NCBI GenBank assembly: GCA_002269645.1
Contig: NIVC01002545.1
Coordinates: 29,104-93,103, forward strand
Direction: 5' to 3'
Source of the DNA: Macrostomum lignano
Lineage: Eukaryota
DNA: 64,000 nt
The position numbers and the translations under genes were made by a program. The notes beneath the pieces are model-generated. The model saw only the letters and a program-made list of their open reading frames with translations. It was not told the origin of the DNA and did no database searches. Below are positions 59,189 through 64,000 of this stretch, piece after piece; within the stretch, counting starts at the first letter, position 1, and each line of letters starts with the position of its first letter.

Positions 59189-59875
59189 TCAGTCAAAATC
59201 AAGCAAAGAGCCGGAAGCGCTCATATAGACTGTATCGATAATGACGCTGGTCAGCGGGTCCAGTTCCGACCGAGGCAGAGCCTCTACCTCGCTCAGCATC
59301 ACAACCGGAGCGTGCTGACTGACCAACTCCTGTCGATTCTGTGCCGGAAAAGATGAAAAAGAATTCGAGGCAGATTTTGAAGAGTCCAACTGAGACTGCG
59401 GAGCATTGTCCGGCTCCAAGTCAATGAGGACGGCGGCTGCCCGGGTTGGAAGCTTTTGCTTCGGTGAAGACTCCGAATGGATGGCAACTGGCGGCGACAG
59501 GAAAGCGGCTAAAGCGTGAGCGCACGCGGACTGACCCGGTTGAGAAGCCAATTCAAGCATGCCAGCTAGATAAGACTCGAACTCGTGACGTTTAGTATCG
59601 GGTCCAGACAGTCTGCTAGGCAGTCTTGGCTGCGGAACAGAAGGATTCAATGACAGCGAATGCCGGCGAGTCTGCCTGTGCAGCGACTCGAACTCGGCGA
59701 ACAGTTTCTCCAGATTGTAGGCCGGCTGGCCGGGCCGAGCGACCCGGAGTTGATACAGAGTTGGCGCCGATTTCAGACGCGACACGGCCGGGTGATTCGG
59801 TGGCGCCTTACGGTAGCCTGGCACTGTGACTCGAGTGCCAGGCAAGCCGCTGGGGTCCAGCTGATGATTATGATG
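59189..59875 (-). CDS. PX-domain protein exon, SNX22/SNX24-like; start-codon exon not located
   Basis: VTVPGYR...LYQLRV...LEKLFAEFESLHRQ...LPSR...KRHEFESYLAGML...LAAFL, plus a tail QHAPVVML...SVIIDTV resembling the SNX24 C-terminus from memory; acceptor CCCTCAG at 59876-77. Confidence 0.65.
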   Translation of the reverse strand, partial: HHNHQLDPSGLPGTRVTVPGYRKAPPNHPAVSRLKSAPTLYQLRVARPGQPAYNLEKLFAEFESLHRQTRRHSLSLNPSVPQPRLPSRLSGPDTKRHEFESYLAGMLELASQPGQSACAHALAAFLSPPVAIHSESSPKQKLPTRAAAVLIDLEPDNAPQSQLDSSKSASNSFSSFPAQNRQELVSQHAPVVMLSEVEALPRSELDPLTSVIIDTVYMSASGSLLDFD

Positions 59876-59944
59876 CTGAGGGTGACCAATTTATTCATGT
59901 TTGACAGATGTAGGACCTATTAATACCTATTAAAAAGGATTAAT

Positions 59945-60935
59945 GATCAAGCACCGCTAATCCCAGGTACCTTTAAATGATGGAGCACCGCTATTCCCAG
60001 GTACCTTTAAATGATGGAGCACCGCTAATCCCAGGTACCCTTAAATGATGGAGCACCACTAATCCCAGGTACCTTAAAATGATTGAGCACCGCTAATCCC
60101 AGGTACCTTAATGATCAAGCACTGCTAATCCCAGGTACCTTAATGATAAAAGCACTGCTAATCCCAGGTACCTTAATGATCAAGCACTGCTAATCCCAGG
60201 TACCTTAATGATCAAGCACTGCTAATCCCAGGTACCTTAATGATAAAAGCACTGCTAATCCCAGGTACCTTAATGATCAAGCACTGCTAATCCCAGGTAC
60301 CTTAATGATAAAAGCACTGCTAATCCCAGGTACCTTAATGATAAAAGCACTGCTAATCCCAGGTACCTTAATGATCGAGCACTGCTAATCCCAGGTACCT
60401 TAATGATCAAGCACTGCTAATCCCAGGTACCTTAATGATAAAAGCACTGCTAATCCCAGGTACCTTAATGATAAAAGCACTGCTAATCCCAGATACCTTA
60501 ATGCTGGAGCACCGCTAATCCCAGGTACCTTTAAATGATGGAGCACCGCTATTCCCAGGTACCTTAATGATCAAGCATCGCTAATCCCAGGTACCTTAAT
60601 GATGGATCACCGCTAATCTCAGACACATTTATGATGGAGCACCGCTAATCCCAGGGAACTTATGATTGAGCACCGCTAATCCCAGGGAACTTATGATTGA
60701 GCACCGCTAATCCCAGGCACCTTAATGATTGAGCACCGCCAATCCCAGGCACCTTAATGATTGCGCACCGCCAATCCCAGGCACCTTAATGATTGCGCAC
60801 CGCCAATCCCAGGCACCTTAATGATTGCGCACCGCCAATCCCAGGCACCTTAATGATTGCGCACCGCCAATCCCAGGCACCTTAATGATTGAGCACCGCC
60901 AATCCCAGGCACCTTAATGATTGAGCACCGCTAAT
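59945..60935. repeat. ~32-bp minisatellite (GCACTGCTAATCCCAGGTACCTTAATGATCAA)
   Basis: About 30 units that drift gradually in sequence. Confidence 0.93.
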
Positions 60936-61469
60936 CCTCATGTATTTTTACAAAGTATCGCAAATACACTAATCGTGAAAAAAGTTGTAAAGAAATTTAA
61001 AATCTGTCAATTATATTGATAATATTAATAAGCTACTATGAATAAAAAGGAATTTACATACTTAATTTTTATTAAATAGTATAGTGGGTACAAAACAAAG
61101 TGCGTTGAAATTTTTAAGTAACAAAGAATTTAGAAGTTTATACTCGTATTTTTAAAACTGGCTGTTAAGAATGAACGACAGTTGAAAATGATCTTTGAGA
61201 GAAATAAAGGCTATAAAATTATACTTATCCGTAACTCAGTAAATTCAAACCAAAGGCTATATCAGGACTCGGAACACATTTCTTACAAAAATATAGAATG
61301 TGATGGCACGGCTCAAAACCCGAAAACAGTGGCAAGGACGAAGAACTGTCCTTGACAACTCCGGTTGTCAATCGAAAATACAAATAAAATTATAGTTCAG
61401 AGCTACTCGTATTCTGAAGAGATTCTAACGATTGATAAGTCGACAGAGTGCGGCAAAACGTTTGATGAG

Positions 61470-62443
61470 TCAGTAATCGGTGAGCTTGCTCTTAGGCTGA
61501 GGCAGACGCTTAGTTTCCATCATCATCTCGTAGTCGTAGAAAGACAAGTCGTCAAACACAAAGTACTCAGTGTTCTTGTAGTCAAGAGACTTGTCCACTG
61601 AATCAATGCTGGCCGAAAATTTGCCCAAATAGATACGACTTGAGTCCGATAAGGCGCCTGAAGTAGCGAGTAGACTGCCGCTTGCTGACGTATTTGAACC
61701 CGATGCACTTCCGGTACTTCCGGTTGTTGGTGGTTTTGAAGCTGGTGGACTTGCGGAACTTCCGGTAGTTGGTGGTTGCGAAGCTGGTGGACTTGCGGAA
61801 CTTCCGGTAGTTGGTGGTTTTGAAGCTGGTGGACTTGCGGAACTTCCGGTAGTTGGTGGTTGCGAAGCTGGTGGACTTCCGGTAGTTGGTAGTTTCAAAG
61901 CTGGTGGACTTCCGGTTAATGGCTTCGAATTAGACTGACTTTCTGGGGAAGACGGCTTGGAACCGGAAGGACTTCCGGAATCTGGCTGCTTTGAACCAAT
62001 CGAAGAACTTTCTGTCAATCCTTTTGTTGCTTTCGCGGCCACACCAGCGGCAGCAGCGGCAAAAATGCCACCACCATCAAGACCCCCTTTAAGTCCAGTC
62101 TTAGTGGACGATCCCGACACGGACTTGTGCGTTGGGCCGGGATTCGAACCAGCCTCCTCCGATTCGCTATCGAATCTGACGAAGAAGAGTCGCTATCGGA
62201 GTCGCTATCGCTATCAGACGAAGACGAATGCGTTGGAGTCGAAGATTTCGAAGAGAAGAACCTGACACTCGGACTGACTTGAACCGATCGGGTTGACGAC
62301 AAAGCTACTGGTTGAGCATAGCGACACGAGTGACGCAAAATTAAAGAGGAAGTTTTCGTTAACGTCGGAAGAAGAGACACCCAACCGAGTCTCTGGGTCA
62401 GAGGTCCTGCCAAGCGAGCACTTGAAACAATTGAAGAGATCAT
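61470..62443 (-). CDS. NDUFV3: NDUFV3-like complex I accessory subunit, long low-complexity form; apparent 1-bp deletion at 62171/62172
   Basis: ATG at 62443 begins a basic mitochondrial-presequence-like N-terminus (...VRFFSS), followed by an SD-rich run and PPASxPPTTGSSAS repeats. The C-terminus YKNTEYFVFDDLSFYDYEMMMETKRLPQPKS resembles the NDUFV3 signature as recalled. Confidence 0.7.
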
Positions 62444-63084
62444 TGAGACGCAGTCGCCCTGTGTCTGGCTGGCTGAAACAAACAAATAAAATAATTAAAC
62501 GGTTTTACCGCAAGGCAGTTTTATAAACAAGTGCGGTATAGGTTTGAACGAAAACCTAGCATTTAAAAACACTCTTTAAAAACTTACAATGTCAAAAATG
62601 ATTCCGGAATCAGCAACTTGTTTGAAATGCCAAATTCTTTTCAATTTTTAAGGAATAGTTGCTTTATTAAAAAAATAGCCATCACAGTAATTAAAGTACA
62701 AGAGTTGGGCGCATGCCAGGTTAGTAAGTGCAGCCTTAACAATCTAAATTGAAATGCAATTAAGTTACATCAGCGAAATGTTCAATTTTCTACCCCAAAA
62801 CCAGATGGTCGACAAATTTCAGATTTGAGAAAAGTTGACCACTGGTTTCCGGGTTGAAACTTTAACATGTAGCTGAGAGCATATCCACATGATTTGCTAT
62901 CTCAACCAACTGCACAATATATGCAACAAGAATCAAAAGTTTCAGTTTTTGTCAAGCGAACTTTTTTTTGGTATAGTTGATTATGAAACATAACAAAACA
63001 CATACAGCTGGTAGCAACAAATATTTGCGAAAAAGAAAGCCTAGTAACTATGTAGTTTGACTCTGAACCTAAAGGCATGGCTGA

Positions 63085-63390
63085 GCAACTGAGGATCTGG
63101 GAGGCTGGCCCAGCAACTGAGGATCTGGGAGGCTGGCCCAGCAACTGAGGATCTGGGGGCTGGCCCAGCAACTGAGGATCTGGAAGCTGGCTCAGCAACT
63201 GAGGATCTGGGAAGCTGGCTCAGCAACTGAGGATCTGGGAAGCTGGCTCAGCAACTGAGGATCTGGGAAGCTGGCTCAGTAACTGAGGATCTGAGAGACT
63301 GGCCCAGCAACTGAGGATCTGAGATGCTGGTGGCCCAGCAACTGAAACTGAGGGTCTGGGCGGCTGCCCAGCAGCTGAGAATTTGGGAGG
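63085..63390 (-). repeat. 28-bp family minisatellite, reverse orientation
   Basis: CAGCAACTGAGGATCTGGGA units just 3' of the LRR gene stop. Confidence 0.9.
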
Positions 63391-63429
63391 CTGGGAAGGT
63401 GTTAAACATGAACATAAAAACCAATTAAG

Positions 63430-64000
63430 CTACATTCTCAGCAGCCGCAGAGGCCGGGTCCAACGCTCAGTGAAGGCGAACCCAGCGGCAGACTCAGGCT
63501 CGGGGACTCCGCCAGCATCGCAGCTGCCGTCAACAATGAAGCCGAAGAAGTCGACGATGCAGAGGCACGGCCGCTGGGCCACCAGCTGATGACACAGCGG
63601 GTCCTGGATAGCGTTACAGTTGCGCAGGTCCAGGAAGCGCAGATCTGGCATGCGCTCCGGAACGAGCGGCAGCTGCTTGCCGGTGAGCTGATGAAGACCA
63701 ACTAGACTCAACGAGCTCATCAGGCGACACGTGTCAAATAGCAGATCAACAGTATTGTCGGTGATTTTCCAACACCAGTTGAGCACTAGGATCTCTAGCC
63801 TATGACCGAAATTGGACACCAGATGATGCAGGCCTTCATCTGTGAGGCAGCGACACTCGGTGAGGTCAAGGTGAGTCAGGCTGGGGAAATGTCCAAACTG
63901 GCCAAGGCGATTGAATGCCTCATCGAGATTCGATAGGCTTTGCGCAAAGTCAGGGACTCCAGACAGCCAAGCTGGCTGATGCCAGAGTCCAGCAGTTCGT
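63430..64000 (-). CDS. C-terminal part of a cysteine-containing (AMN1/FBXL-type) LRR protein; possible 1-bp deletion at 63924/63925
   Basis: Repeats LTHLDLTECRCLTDEGL, LEILVLNWCWKITDNTV, LSLVGLHQLT and LRFLDLRNCNAIQD; runs off the window end, so no F-box is visible. Confidence 0.8.
   Translation of the reverse strand, partial: RTAGLWHQPAWLSGVPDFAQSLSNLDEAFNRLGQFGHFPSLTHLDLTECRCLTDEGLHHLVSNFGHRLEILVLNWCWKITDNTVDLLFDTCRLMSSLSLVGLHQLTGKQLPLVPERMPDLRFLDLRNCNAIQDPLCHQLVAQRPCLCIVDFFGFIVDGSCDAGGVPEPESAAGFAFTERWTRPLRLLRM

Overview
Animal (metazoan) genomic DNA with GT-AG introns; no prokaryotic operons, CRISPR arrays or rRNA genes. GC-rich exons separated by introns filled with gene-specific minisatellites resemble a free-living flatworm such as Macrostomum (inference only). 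Gene order: a DNMT3-type de novo DNA methyltransferase (+, 5' end outside the window, one apparent frameshift), an unknown ORF (-), an inward-rectifier K+ channel (-), Rap1 (+), an unknown acidic protein (+), a CNGA/TAX-4-like channel (+), a polypeptide GalNAc-transferase (-), an SNX22/24-like PX exon (-), an NDUFV3-like gene (-) and an LRR (FBXL-like) C-terminus (-). Mobile DNA: a complete 1.3-kb mariner relic, a decayed LINE, a CORE-type SINE, and an intact, apparently very young Ty3/Gypsy (Mag-like) element inside a 20-bp satellite. The strongest theme is DNA methylation. The window has a genuine ADD-containing DNMT3, a mariner whose lesions are mostly CpG->TpG/CpA, and a roughly 12-kb domain nearly free of CpG around a small CpG-retaining island. 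Other themes are minisatellites that carry or abut splice sites, one 28-bp satellite family at four loci, and an RFX X-box plus an RFX half-site array upstream of the CNG channel. All exon models, alignments and counts were done by eye or from memory; no database searches were run.
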